Positions 28,547-38,548 of a stretch of DNA of 38,548 nucleotides are shown here, one piece after another. Position 1 is the first letter of the stretch, and each line of letters begins with the position of its first letter. The position numbers and the translations under genes were made by a program. The DNA is taken from IMG/VR virus record IMGVR_UViG_2563366976_000006; one strand, written 5' to 3'. The DNA comes from a virus (taxonomy: Duplodnaviria > Heunggongvirae > Uroviricota > Caudoviricetes). The notes under the pieces are model-generated. The model searched no databases, had not been told where the DNA came from, and saw only the letters and a program-made list of their open reading frames with translations.

Positions 28547-29719
28547 ATGGCTCAGGATTACCACCACGGGGTGCGCGTTGTTGAAGTCAACGAAGGCACC
28601 CGATCCATTACCACGGTGAGCACCGCCATCGTGGGTATGGTCTGCACGGGCGATGATGCCGATGCAAAAATGTTTCCTCTTAATAAACCCGTGCTGATCA
28701 CTGATGTGCTGACTGCCAGCGGTAAAGCGGGTGAGTCCGGCACGCTGGCCCGTTCGCTGGATGCCATCGCTGACCAGGCAAAACCCGTGACCGTTGTTGT
28801 GCGTGTGCCGCAGGGTGAAACGGAAGAAGAAACCACGACCAATATCATCGGCGCAGTGACTGCTGAAGGTAAAAAAACAGGCATGAAAGCTCTGTTATCT
28901 GCTCAGTCACAGCTCGGCGTTAAACCGCGCATTCTGGGTGTACCAGGTCACGACACCAAGGCGGTAGCTACTGAGTTGCTGAGTGTGGCGCAAAGCCTGC
29001 GTGGGTTTGCTTACCTGTCAGCGTATGGCTGCAAGACTGTGCAGGAGGCAATCACTTACCGTGAAAACTTCAGCCAGCGCGAAGGGATGCTGATCTGGCC
29101 CGACTTTACTGGCTGGGACACGGTGCTGAATGCCGAAGCAACGGCATATGCCACCGCCCGTGCGCTTGGTCTGCGTGCCAAAATTGATGAGCAGACCGGG
29201 TGGCACAAAAGCCTGTCCAACGTGGGCGTGAACGGTGTCACCGGAATTTCTGCTGATGTGTTCTGGGATCTGCAGGACCCGGCAACCGATGCGGGACTGC
29301 TTAACCAGAACGACGTCACCACGCTTGTGCGCAAGGATGGTTTCCGCTTCTGGGGTTCCCGCTGTCTGAGCGATGATCCGCTTTTTGCCTTCGAAAACTA
29401 CACCCGCACAGCGCAGGTACTGATGGACACAATGGCAGAAGCACATATGTGGGCGGTGGACAAACCGCTGAACCCGTCGCTGGCCCGCGACATTATCGAA
29501 GGTATCCGCGCCAAAATGCGCAACCTGGTCAGTCAGGGCTATCTCATTGGTGGTGATTGCTGGCTGGATGAGTCGGTGAACGACAAAGACACGCTTAAAG
29601 CCGGAAAACTCACCATCGACTACGACTACACGCCAGTGCCGCCACTTGAAAATCTGATGCTGCGCCAGCGCATCACCGATCAGTACCTGGTGAATTTCGC
29701 CAGCCAGGTCAGCGCGTAA
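28547..29719 (+). CDS. FI: tail sheath protein (P2 gpFI family)
   Basis: 390-aa ORF, AGGAGG SD. Confidence 0.9.
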   Translation: MAQDYHHGVRVVEVNEGTRSITTVSTAIVGMVCTGDDADAKMFPLNKPVLITDVLTASGKAGESGTLARSLDAIADQAKPVTVVVRVPQGETEEETTTNIIGAVTAEGKKTGMKALLSAQSQLGVKPRILGVPGHDTKAVATELLSVAQSLRGFAYLSAYGCKTVQEAITYRENFSQREGMLIWPDFTGWDTVLNAEATAYATARALGLRAKIDEQTGWHKSLSNVGVNGVTGISADVFWDLQDPATDAGLLNQNDVTTLVRKDGFRFWGSRCLSDDPLFAFENYTRTAQVLMDTMAEAHMWAVDKPLNPSLARDIIEGIRAKMRNLVSQGYLIGGDCWLDESVNDKDTLKAGKLTIDYDYTPVPPLENLMLRQRITDQYLVNFASQVSA

Positions 29720-29728
29720 GGGGACAAC

Positions 29729-30244
29729 ATGGCTTTACCACGCAAATTAAAACATCTGAACCTGTTTAACGACGGGAACAACTGGCAGGGAATCGTTGAG
29801 TCGCTGACGCTGCCGAAATTCACTCGCAAATATGAGAAGTATCGCGGCGGCGGTATGCCGGGGGCGGTGGATGTGGATCTGGGACTGGATGACAGTGCAC
29901 TGGATACAGAATTTTCCATTGGTGGTACTGAACTGCTGCTGTTTAAGCAGATGGGCAAAGCCACGGTGGATGGCATCCAGCTGCGCTTTACCGGCTCTAT
30001 CCAGCGTGACGATACCGGGGAAGTGCAGCCCGTGGAGCTTGTGGTGCGTGGACGTCACAAAGAAGTGGATTCCGGTGAGTGGAAGACGGGCGAAAGCAAC
30101 ACCACCAAAGTGACCAGTACCAACAGCTACGCGAAGCTGACCATCAATGGTGAGGTGCTCTATGAAGTGGACCTTATCAACATGGTGGAAATTGTGGACG
30201 GTGTGGACCTGATGGAGGCGCACCGCAACGCCCTCGGCCTCTGA
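29729..30244 (+). CDS. FII: tail tube protein (P2 gpFII family)
   Basis: 171-aa ORF after sheath. Confidence 0.9.
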   Translation: MALPRKLKHLNLFNDGNNWQGIVESLTLPKFTRKYEKYRGGGMPGAVDVDLGLDDSALDTEFSIGGTELLLFKQMGKATVDGIQLRFTGSIQRDDTGEVQPVELVVRGRHKEVDSGEWKTGESNTTKVTSTNSYAKLTINGEVLYEVDLINMVEIVDGVDLMEAHRNALGL

Positions 30245-30298
30245 TGTATCTGAACGGCGCGGGATTCCGCGCCAGAACCCAATTCACAGGACAACAAA

Positions 30299-30601
30299 AT
30301 GAGCGATAAGCAGACTGAAAAGACCATTCAACTGGATACCCCTATCAAGCGCGGTAAAACAGAAATTACCGAAATTGTGCTGCGTAAACCGCAGTCCGGT
30401 GCGCTGCGCGGTACACGCCTGCAGGCCATTATGGATATGGATGTGAACGCGATGATGACCGTGATCCCCCGCATCTCCAGCCCGGCACTGACCGCACAGG
30501 AAATTGCAGAGATGGACCCGGCAGATCTCACCGCCATGTCGGTTGAGGTTGTCACTTTTTTGTTGAAGAAGTCGGTGCTTGCCGGTTTACCGACAGCCTG
30601 A
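30299..30601 (+). CDS. E: tail assembly chaperone E
   Basis: 100-aa ORF upstream of tape measure; slippery site near its 3' end. Confidence 0.8.
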   Translation: MSDKQTEKTIQLDTPIKRGKTEITEIVLRKPQSGALRGTRLQAIMDMDVNAMMTVIPRISSPALTAQEIAEMDPADLTAMSVEVVTFLLKKSVLAGLPTA

Positions 30602-30735
30602 CGGTTGACGATCTGGTGGCAGATATCGCCACCATTTTTCACTGGCCGCCATCCGTTACTGACGTTATGCCGCTGACCGAAGTGCTGGAATGGCGGTATA
30701 AAGCGATTCAGAGAAGCGGGGCCAATGATGAGTGA
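30299..30735 (+). CDS. E+E' -1 programmed-frameshift product of tail chaperone
   Basis: Slippery heptamer T TTT TTG at 30556-30562; -1 frame stays open to a TGA at 30733-30735. Confidence 0.6.
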
Positions 30736-33700
30736 TAACAACCTGCGGCTGCAGGTCATTCTTAATGCGGTTGACAAACTCACCCGCCCATTCCGTGCTG
30801 CACAGGCCAGTTCGAAAGAGCTGGCTGGCGCAATCAGAAACTCCCGTGACGCATTAAAGCAACTCAATCAGGCGGGTAACAGCCTGGAAAAATTTCGCAA
30901 GCTGCAGGCCGATAACAAGAAGTTAGGCGACAGGCTGAACTATGCCAGACAGAAGGCTAATTTGCTTAGCTCTGAGCTGGAGTCGATGGAACAACCATCA
31001 CAACGGCACCTTGTGGCTTTAGGTCGGCAAACGCTGGCAGTCCAACGCCTGGAAGAACAACAAAAATATTTGCAGAAGCAAACGGCGCTTGTGCGTGCAG
31101 AACTGTACCGGGCGGGAATTTCTGCGAAAGATGATGCGGGAGCAACTGCCCGTTTAGCCCGTGAAACATCACGTTATAACCAGGAATTGTCGAAACAGGA
31201 GGCGCGGCTGAAGCGACTGGGTGAAGCTCAGCGCAGGATGAATGCGGCGCGTGCCAGTTATGCCCGTTCGCTGGAGGTGCGCGATCGTATTGCAGGAGCC
31301 GGAGCCACTACCACGGCTGCAGGGCTGGCAATGGGGACGCCAGTGATGGCGGCAGTAAAAAGCTATACCAGCATGGAAGATGCCATGAAAGGTGTGGCAA
31401 AGCAGGTCAATGGTCTGCGTGACGATAATGGAAACCGTACTGCACGTTTTTATGAAATGCAGGATGCCATCAAGGCTGCCAGCGAACAGTTGCCGATGGA
31501 AAACGGTGCGGTGGACTTCGCTGCACTGGTTGAAGGTGGTGCGCGCATGAACGTCGCAGACCCTGACGACAGCTGGGAAGACCAGAAACGTGACCTGCTG
31601 GCCTTCGCCAGTACGGCAGCAAAGGCGGCAACAGCCTTTGAGCTGCCAGCGGATGAACTGTCAGAAAGTCTGGGGAAAATCGCCCAGCTCTACAAAATAC
31701 CTACCCGCAATATTGAACAGCTCGGCGATGCGCTGAACTATCTGGATGATAACGCCATGTCGAAAGGGGCGGACATCATTGATGTGATGCAACGTCTGGG
31801 CGGTGTGGCTGACCGTCTGGATTATCGTAAAGCGGCGGCACTGGGTTCCACCTTTCTGACACTGGGCGCTGCGCCGGAGGTTGCAGCCAGTGCAGCAAAC
31901 GCGATGGTGCGTGAATTGTCCATTGCCACCATGCAAAGCAAGAGTTTCTTTGAAGGGATGAATCTGCTGAAACTCAATCCTGAAGTGATTGAAAAGCAGA
32001 TGACGAAGGATGCGATGGGAACTATCCAGCGTGTGCTGGAGAAGGTGAACGCACTGCCGCAGGACAAGCGTCTGTCTGCCATGACCATGTTGTTTGGTAA
32101 AGAGTTTGGCGATGACGCGGCGAAACTGGCAAACAACCTGCCGGAACTACAGCGCCAGCTAAAACTGACAGCGGGCAATGATGCGCTCGGTTCCATGCAG
32201 AAAGAATCCGACATCAACAAGGACTCACTTTCTGCTCAGTGGTTGCTGGTTAAAACCGGAGCGCAGAATACCTTCAGCAGCCTGGGCGAAACGCTGCGCC
32301 AGCCGCTGATGGATATTCTGTACACGGTGAAAAGCGTTACGGGAGCGTTGCGTCGCTGGGTGGAAGCTAACCCGGAACTGACGGGCACACTGATGAAAGT
32401 AGCCGCTATTGTGGCTGCGGTTACCTTAGGCCTCGGCACCCTGGCTGTGGCGCTGGCTGCAGTGCTGGGGCCGCTGGCAGTCATCCGTCTGGGATTCTCT
32501 GTGCTGGGCATCAAAACGTTACCTTCCGTTATGGCAGCAGTAACACGAACTAGCAGCGCGTTGTCCTGGCTGGCTGGCGCTCCACTGGCAGTGCTGCGAC
32601 GCGGGCTTGCTTCATCGGGTAACGCAGCGGGTTTACTTACTGCGCCGTTGTCGTCTTTGCGCCGTACGGCATCACTGACGGGAAATGTCCTGAAAACTGT
32701 AGCAGGTGCGCCGGTTGCACTATTGCGGTCTGGATTATCCGCTTTACGTGCTGTTGCTGTGATGTTTATGAATCCTCTGGCGGTACTGCGCGGTGGACTG
32801 GCAGCCGCAGGCGCGGTGCTGCGAGTGCTTGCATCCGGCCCGCTGGCGATGCTGCGCGTTGCCCTGTATGCCATATCTGGTCTGTTAGGTGCTCTGCTCA
32901 GTCCGATAGGTCTTGTGGTTACTGCACTGGCGGGCGTGGCGCTGGTTGTCTGGAAATACTGGCAACCCATCACCGCATTTCTCGGTGGCGTGGTGGAAGG
33001 ATTCAAAGCGGCGGCAGGTCCCATCAGTGCTGCATTCGAACCACTTAAGCCTGTGTTTCAGTGGATTGGCGACAAAGTACAGGCGCTGTGGGGCTGGTTT
33101 ACTGATCTGCTGACGCCCGTTAAGTCGACCTCTGCCGAACTGCAGAGTGCAGCGGCAATGGGGCGGCGATTCGGGGAGGCACTGGCGGAAGGGCTGAATA
33201 TGGTCATGCATCCGCTGGACTCCCTGAAATCCGGCGTTTCCTGGTTGCTGGAGAAGCTCGGCATTGTCAGTAAAGAGGCCGCAAAGGCAAAACTGCCGGA
33301 AAGCGTGACGCGTCAGCAACCTGCGACGGTGAATGCAGACGGTAAAGTGATGATGCCATCGGGTGGTTTTCCATCATGGGGATATGGCTTTGCGGGGATG
33401 TATGACAGCGGCGGGTATATCCCGCGCGGGCAGTTTGGCATCGTCGGTGAAAACGGGCCGGAAATTGTTAACGGCCCGGCAAATGTGACCAGCCGGAGAA
33501 ATACAGCTGCACTGGCTGCCGTTGTTGCCGGAATGATGGGCGTTGCTGCCGCGCCAGCAGAGCTTCCACCGTTGCACCCTTTGGCACTTCCCGCGAAAGG
33601 TGGAGAAGCAATTGTGAGTCGCGCAGCCACTGTGCCGCTCGTTCAACGGATTGAGGCACCGACGCAGATCATCATTCAGACGCAGCCAGGACAAAGTGCG

Positions 33701-33805
33701 CAGGATATTGCGCGGGAGGTGGCACACCAGCTTGATGAACGTGAACGCAGGCTGAAGGCAAAAGCCAGGAGTAACTACAGCGATCAGGGGGGATACGACG
33801 CATGA
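30725..33805 (+). CDS. T: tail tape measure protein (P2 gpT family)
   Basis: 1026-aa ORF, coiled-coil and Gly/Ala-rich hydrophobic repeats. Confidence 0.9.
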   Translation: MMSDNNLRLQVILNAVDKLTRPFRAAQASSKELAGAIRNSRDALKQLNQAGNSLEKFRKLQADNKKLGDRLNYARQKANLLSSELESMEQPSQRHLVALGRQTLAVQRLEEQQKYLQKQTALVRAELYRAGISAKDDAGATARLARETSRYNQELSKQEARLKRLGEAQRRMNAARASYARSLEVRDRIAGAGATTTAAGLAMGTPVMAAVKSYTSMEDAMKGVAKQVNGLRDDNGNRTARFYEMQDAIKAASEQLPMENGAVDFAALVEGGARMNVADPDDSWEDQKRDLLAFASTAAKAATAFELPADELSESLGKIAQLYKIPTRNIEQLGDALNYLDDNAMSKGADIIDVMQRLGGVADRLDYRKAAALGSTFLTLGAAPEVAASAANAMVRELSIATMQSKSFFEGMNLLKLNPEVIEKQMTKDAMGTIQRVLEKVNALPQDKRLSAMTMLFGKEFGDDAAKLANNLPELQRQLKLTAGNDALGSMQKESDINKDSLSAQWLLVKTGAQNTFSSLGETLRQPLMDILYTVKSVTGALRRWVEANPELTGTLMKVAAIVAAVTLGLGTLAVALAAVLGPLAVIRLGFSVLGIKTLPSVMAAVTRTSSALSWLAGAPLAVLRRGLASSGNAAGLLTAPLSSLRRTASLTGNVLKTVAGAPVALLRSGLSALRAVAVMFMNPLAVLRGGLAAAGAVLRVLASGPLAMLRVALYAISGLLGALLSPIGLVVTALAGVALVVWKYWQPITAFLGGVVEGFKAAAGPISAAFEPLKPVFQWIGDKVQALWGWFTDLLTPVKSTSAELQSAAAMGRRFGEALAEGLNMVMHPLDSLKSGVSWLLEKLGIVSKEAAKAKLPESVTRQQPATVNADGKVMMPSGGFPSWGYGFAGMYDSGGYIPRGQFGIVGENGPEIVNGPANVTSRRNTAALAAVVAGMMGVAAAPAELPPLHPLALPAKGGEAIVSRAATVPLVQRIEAPTQIIIQTQPGQSAQDIAREVAHQLDERERRLKAKARSNYSDQGGYDA

Positions 33806-34287
33806 TGATGGTGCTGGGATTGTACGTGTTTATGCTGCGCACCGTTCCGTATCAGGAACTGCAGTATCAACGCAGCTGGCGACATGCGGCAAACAGTCGG
33901 GTAAACCGACGTCCGTCCACGCAGTTTCTGGGACCGGAAAACGACATGCTGACGCTTTCCGGTGTTCTTATGCCGGAGATAACAGGCGGCAGGCTGTCGT
34001 TGCTGGCACTGGAGCAGATGGCAGAACAGGGGAAAGCATGGCCCCTGATTGAAGGCAGCGGCACGATTTACGGCATGTATGTGATTGAGGGACTGAATCA
34101 GACTAAAACGGAGTTTTTCCGCGACGGTATGCCGCGCCGGATTGAGTTCACCCTGTCGCTCAAACGAGTGGATGAATCCCTGTCCGATATGTTCGGTGAT
34201 CTCAGTGCGCAACTGAATAATCTGCAGGACACGGCAACGTCTGCCTTAAGCGATATCAGTAAAACGGTGGGAGGGCTGCTGTCGTGA
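33802..34287 (+). CDS. U: tail protein U (P2 gpU family)
   Basis: 161-aa ORF overlapping T stop. Confidence 0.85.
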   Translation: MMMVLGLYVFMLRTVPYQELQYQRSWRHAANSRVNRRPSTQFLGPENDMLTLSGVLMPEITGGRLSLLALEQMAEQGKAWPLIEGSGTIYGMYVIEGLNQTKTEFFRDGMPRRIEFTLSLKRVDESLSDMFGDLSAQLNNLQDTATSALSDISKTVGGLLS

Positions 34288-35384
34288 ATTTCAGCTCTGA
34301 ACTGCTTAACAAAGGCAACAAAACTCCCGCATTCAGCATCAGTATTGAGGGCAGGGATATCACCACTGTGCTGGATAACCGCCTGATGAGTTTGACGCTG
34401 ACGGATAACCGGGGCTTTGAAGCGGACCAGCTTGATCTGGAGCTGGATGACGCTGACGGAAAAATCGTGCTGCCGCGCCGTGGTGCGGTTATTACGCTGG
34501 CGCTGGGCTGGAAGGGGCAGCCGCTTTTCCCGAAAGGGGCATTCACGGTGGACGAGATTGAACACACTGGCGCACCGGACCGCCTGACTATCCGGGCGCG
34601 AAGTGCTGATTTTCGTGAAACACTGAATACCCGCCGCGAAAAATCGTGGCACAAGACCACTGTCGGGGAAGTGGTGAAGGAAATAGCCGTACGTCACAAG
34701 CTGAAGATGGCACTGGGTAAAGACCTGTCGGATAAGCCCGTGGAGCATATAGACCAGACTAATGAGAGTGACGGTAGTTTTTTGATGCGGTTGGCGCGCC
34801 AGTACGGTGCTATTGCGTCGGTGAAAAATGGCAATCTGTTATTCATCCGGCAGGGACAGGGCAAAAGCGCCAGCGGTAAACCACTGCCGGTGATCACTAT
34901 CACGCGTAAGGACGGCGACAGTCACCGCTTTACCTTGGCAGATCGCGGAGCCTATACGGGCGTAATTGCCAGCTGGTTGCATACCCGCGAACCCGCGAAG
35001 AAAGAAAGCACCACGGTGAAGCGTAAGCGCAGAACTAAGAAGCAGAAGAAAGAGCCGGAAGCGAAGCAGGGCGATTACCTGGTGGGGACGGATGAAAACG
35101 TGCTGGTACTTAATCGCACTTATGCCAACCGGAGCAACGCCGAACGAGCGGCGAAAATGCAGTGGGAACGCCTGCAACGCGGTGTTGCGTCACTCTCGCT
35201 ACAACTGGCGGAAGGGCGGGCAGATCTCTACACGGAAATGCCAGTGAAAGTCAGTGGCTTTAAACAGCCGATAGATGATGCGGAATGGACCATTACGACT
35301 CTGACGCATACCGTCAGCCCGGATAACGGTTTTACGACCAGTCTGGAGCTTGAAGTGAGGATTGATGATTTCGAAATGGAATGA
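34284..35384 (+). CDS. D: late control/tail protein D (P2 gpD family)
   Basis: 366-aa ORF overlapping U stop. Confidence 0.85.
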   Translation: MNFSSELLNKGNKTPAFSISIEGRDITTVLDNRLMSLTLTDNRGFEADQLDLELDDADGKIVLPRRGAVITLALGWKGQPLFPKGAFTVDEIEHTGAPDRLTIRARSADFRETLNTRREKSWHKTTVGEVVKEIAVRHKLKMALGKDLSDKPVEHIDQTNESDGSFLMRLARQYGAIASVKNGNLLFIRQGQGKSASGKPLPVITITRKDGDSHRFTLADRGAYTGVIASWLHTREPAKKESTTVKRKRRTKKQKKEPEAKQGDYLVGTDENVLVLNRTYANRSNAERAAKMQWERLQRGVASLSLQLAEGRADLYTEMPVKVSGFKQPIDDAEWTITTLTHTVSPDNGFTTSLELEVRIDDFEME

Positions 35385-35474
35385 TTCTTCGCAATGGAGA
35401 ACTTTTAAGTTTGCAAAATGGAATAATGCGGTATCATTATTGTGAATTTAGCAAAAATGGGGAGAACTCGAAAA

Positions 35475-35693
35475 ATGATGATTTGCCCACTGTGTGGAAG
35501 TGCCGCCCATACTCGCAGCAGTTTTCAGGTATCTTCATTGACCAAAGAGCGTTACAACCAGTGCCAGAACATTAACTGCAGCCATACTTTTGTTACCCAT
35601 GAAACTTTTGTTCGTTCGATTGCAACGCCCAAAGAGTCAAATCCGGTTCAGCCGCATCCAATGAAATCAGGACAGGTGGCGCTCTCTCTTTGA
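35475..35693 (+). CDS. ogr: late gene transcriptional activator, Ogr/Delta zinc-finger family
   Basis: CPLC...C-x-x-x-x-C zinc finger; last phage gene before the right att repeat. Confidence 0.8.
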   Translation: MMICPLCGSAAHTRSSFQVSSLTKERYNQCQNINCSHTFVTHETFVRSIATPKESNPVQPHPMKSGQVALSL

Positions 35694-35716
35694 CGCTGCC
35701 GCCATTTTGTCGCCAT
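35694..35716. repeat. candidate attR core (cgctgccgccaTtttgtcgccaT)
   Basis: Direct repeat of 19-41 immediately after ogr stop. Confidence 0.5.
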
Positions 35717-35773
35717 CGTTAAAAAACAGTGCTTCTAACATCATGATTTTAAATAGCATAAATTTCAGGCAAC

Positions 35774-35816
35774 AAAAAACCCATCAACCTTGAACCGAAA
35801 TGGCGGGGTTGATGGG
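35774..35816 (-). terminator. candidate rho-independent terminator downstream of ybjL (minus strand)
   Basis: 10-bp stem cccatcaacc/ggttgatggg followed by TTTTTT on minus strand; loop is long (17 nt). Confidence 0.45.
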
Positions 35817-35928
35817 CTCCACAAAATGGGGACATCAAAGAAAAGCAGTGGCACTAATTAAGACTGATGCCCTGCGGAAAAGTTCTGCGGTTGTGCAAAA
35901 AAATTTCATTTTCAGGGCAACTTCAGTT

Positions 35929-37614
35929 TTATCCTAATCCTGGCCATACCATGACGATGATTGTCCCTGCCAGCGTCAGCAGGACGTTGGCGATTGCATA
36001 GGTGCCCGCATAGCCCAGCGCCGGGATGTTACTGCGAGCTGTATCACTGATGATCTCCATTGCCGGCGCGCAGGTACGTGCGCCCATCATTGCGCCGAAC
36101 AACAGCGCGCGGTTCATTCGCAATACATAAGCACCGAACAAGAAACAGATAACCACGGGCACCAGACTGACAATCAATCCGGCAATCAACATCTGACCGC
36201 CAATCGCGCCCAGGCCGTTATTAATACCGCTACCGGCGCTCAGACCAACGCCTGCCATAAACACCATCAAGCCGAACTCTTTCACCATGCTTAATGCACC
36301 CTGCGGAATGTAACCGAAGGTCGGGTGGTTAGCACGCATAAAGCCCAGCATAATTCCGGCGAATAACAACCCGGCAGCGTTCCCCATGCCGAAACTGAAT
36401 GTGCTGAACTGGAAGGTGATCATCCCGATCATCAGCCCAATAACAAAGAAGGCGCAGAATGCCAGCAGGTCAGTGACCTGGCTGTGAATCGAGATAAAGC
36501 CGATGCGATCGGCGATGGTTTTTACGCGGCGGGCATCGCCGCTGACTTGTAAAACGTCACCTTTGTTAAGCACGACGTTGTCATCTATCGGCATCTCAAT
36601 CTGGCTACGAATGACGCGGTTAAGGAAGCAACCGTGATCGGTCAACTTCAGTTGTGCGAGACGTTTACCTACAGCGTTATGGTTTTTAACGACCACTTCT
36701 TCAGTGACGATACGCATGTCGAGAAGGTCACGATCGAAAACTTCTTTACCGTTACGGAAGCTGGGATCGAGTCGGGCATGGGCGTCGGGATAGCCTACCA
36801 ACGCTATTTCATCGCCCATTTGTAGCACGGCATCACCGTCTGGATTTGCCAGAATCCCGTTACGTCGAATACGTTCAATGTAGCAGCCGGTTTGTCGATA
36901 AATACCCAGTTCACGCAGATTTTTGCCGTCGGTCCAGGCCACCAGTTCCGGGCCGACGCGATAGGCGCGGATCACCGGTAAATAAACCTTACGGTTGGCA
37001 TCAGTGTCCAGGCCACGTTCGCGGGCGATTTGCTGGGCGCTGGTCTGTAAGTCCTGATGCTGCAATTTCGGCAAGTAACGCGCACCAACAATCAAACTCA
37101 CCAGACCGATTAAATAGGTTAAGGCATACCCGAGGCTCAGATTATCCAGTGCCAGTGAGAGCTGCCTGCTTTCCATGCCGGAATGACGCAGTGTATCGCC
37201 AGCACCGACCAGAACCGGTGTCGACGTCATAGAGCCTGCTAACATACCGGCCGTCAGGCCAATATCCCAGCCAAACAGCTTACCTAACCCTAAGGCGATC
37301 ACCAGCGCACTGCCAACCATCACCAGTGCTAACATTAGGTAATTTTTCCCATCGCGAAAAAAAATGGAAAAAAAGTTCGGTCCGGCTTCGACCCCGACGC
37401 AGAAAATAAACAGCATAAAGCCAAGATTAAGCGCATCGGTGTTAATGCTGAAATGTTGTTGGCCTAATAACAGCGATACGACTAAAACGCCAATGGAATT
37501 ACCCAGTTGGATCGAACCAAGTCGTAACTTTCCGAGACATAGCCCAAGCGCGAGGACCACAAATAATAACAGAATGTAATTCCCATTTAACAATTCGGCG
37601 ACGTTTATATTCAC
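35929..37614 (-). CDS. ybjL: putative transport protein YbjL (AspT/YidE/YbjL family)
   Basis: 561-aa polytopic membrane protein with central soluble domains; recognised as E. coli YbjL from the translation. Confidence 0.8.
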
Positions 37615-37883
37615 GGAGGCTAACTTCTTGTTTACTAGTAAGCTGTTGAAAGAAATGGTAATTTACGATAATGTTTTTTACCAGAATTCAGGGCGCAGAT
37701 TCATTCAGCGCACCTAAACGATAGTAAAGTAACAATATATTTTACTAGTGTAATCACATTAGGTATCAACGGCTATATGAATTGCGTTGGCCTATATTAG
37801 CATGGAATGCGAAGCGGCTTTATCTTACTGAACGCCACACTGGCGAAAAATGTGTTCGATAGACGCAGTGTCAGGAGGAACGA

Positions 37884-38261
37884 GTGAAACATAAACAACG
37901 TTGGGCGGGGGCAATCTGCTGTTTTGTCCTCTTCATTGTGGTGTGCCTTTTTCTGGCGACGCACATGAAAGGCGCTTTTCGGGCTGCCGGGCATCCTGAA
38001 ATCGGCTTGCTATTTTTCATTCTTCCTGGAGCAGTCGCCAGCTTCTTTTCACAGCGTAGAGAAGTCCTGAAACCTCTGTTTGGCGCAATGCTGGCGGCAC
38101 CCTGTTCGATGCTCATTATGCGGCTGTTTTTTTCACCGACGCGCTCATTCTGGCAAGAGCTGGCATGGTTACTAAGCGCGGTGTTCTGGTGTGCGCTGGG
38201 AGCACTGTGTTTCTTATTTATCAGTAGTTTGTTTAAACCACAGCACAGAAAAAATCAGTAA
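37884..38261 (+). CDS. ybjM: inner membrane protein YbjM
   Basis: 125-aa hydrophobic protein between ybjL and grxA. Confidence 0.75.
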   Translation: MKHKQRWAGAICCFVLFIVVCLFLATHMKGAFRAAGHPEIGLLFFILPGAVASFFSQRREVLKPLFGAMLAAPCSMLIMRLFFSPTRSFWQELAWLLSAVFWCALGALCFLFISSLFKPQHRKNQ

Positions 38262-38290
38262 AGCCCTCAACGCGAGGGCTTGTCAGACGA

Positions 38291-38548
38291 TCAGGCGTCC
38301 AGATTTTCTTTCACCCATGCAGCAAAATCGGTATAGCCGCCGATATGTTGCTGATCGACAAAAATCTGCGGCACGGTTTCTACGGGTTTACCTGCCTTTT
38401 GTTGTAGATCTTCTTTAGTGATCCCTTCCGCACGAATATCTACATACTGATACTGAAAATCATCGCGTTCATTGCTCAATTTCTCAGCCAGATCTTTTGC
38501 ACGCACACAGTAAGGGCAACCCGAACGACCAAAAATAACGGTTTGCAT
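38291..38548 (-). CDS. grxA: glutaredoxin 1
   Basis: 85-aa ORF with CPYC active site; start codon at the window edge. Confidence 0.9.
   Translation of the reverse strand: MQTVIFGRSGCPYCVRAKDLAEKLSNERDDFQYQYVDIRAEGITKEDLQQKAGKPVETVPQIFVDQQHIGGYTDFAAWVKENLDA

Larger units (their letters stand above)
19..35716. mobile_element. P2/186-like temperate prophage, apparently complete, bounded by 23-bp direct repeats
   Basis: Full P2-type gene order from int to ogr; 23-bp direct repeat (2 mismatches) at both ends; host genes only to the right of 35.7 kb. Confidence 0.8.

Noticed and set aside
32236-33024. 262-aa ORF antisense to tape measure gene T
   Set aside because: Lies entirely within the T coding region on the opposite strand; Pro/Ala/Arg/Ser-rich low-complexity translation typical of a spurious antisense frame in GC-rich sequence.
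1-38548. tRNA, rRNA or IS elements
   Set aside because: No cloverleaf-like or rRNA-like segments and no transposase ORF with terminal inverted repeats; the only recombinases are int and the invertase.

Overview
The window is almost entirely one complete P2/186-family temperate prophage (about 35.7 kb), bounded by a 23-bp direct repeat (19-41 and 35694-35716) and flanked on the right by host genes ybjL, ybjM and grxA (typical E. coli). Gene order is int, an AT-rich DUF4041/T5orf172-like moron, cI, then apl, cII, fil-like and small early ORFs, dam, replication gene A, a LexA-box-controlled tum/DinI-like pair, a cos-like site, a three-gene retron cassette, then the late region Q, P, O, N, M, L, X, lysis genes, R, S, V, W, J, I, H, G, FI, FII, E/E', T, U, D and ogr. 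The main accessory system is a type I-A retron: a long-hairpin candidate msd, a reverse transcriptase, a PtuA-like ATPase and a PtuB-like HNH nuclease, inserted between the cos-like site and portal gene Q. Two other AT-rich cargo genes are candidate undescribed functions: the membrane-anchored DUF4041/T5orf172-like protein between cI and int, and an antisense 3-TM membrane protein between S and V. Also present are a Gin/Pin-type invertase with an invertible tail-fibre segment, a frameshifted V gene, the E/E' slippery site and three TGT-N12-ACA late-promoter sites. All calls rest on reading the ORF translations and sequence motifs from memory of the protein families; no database search was run.
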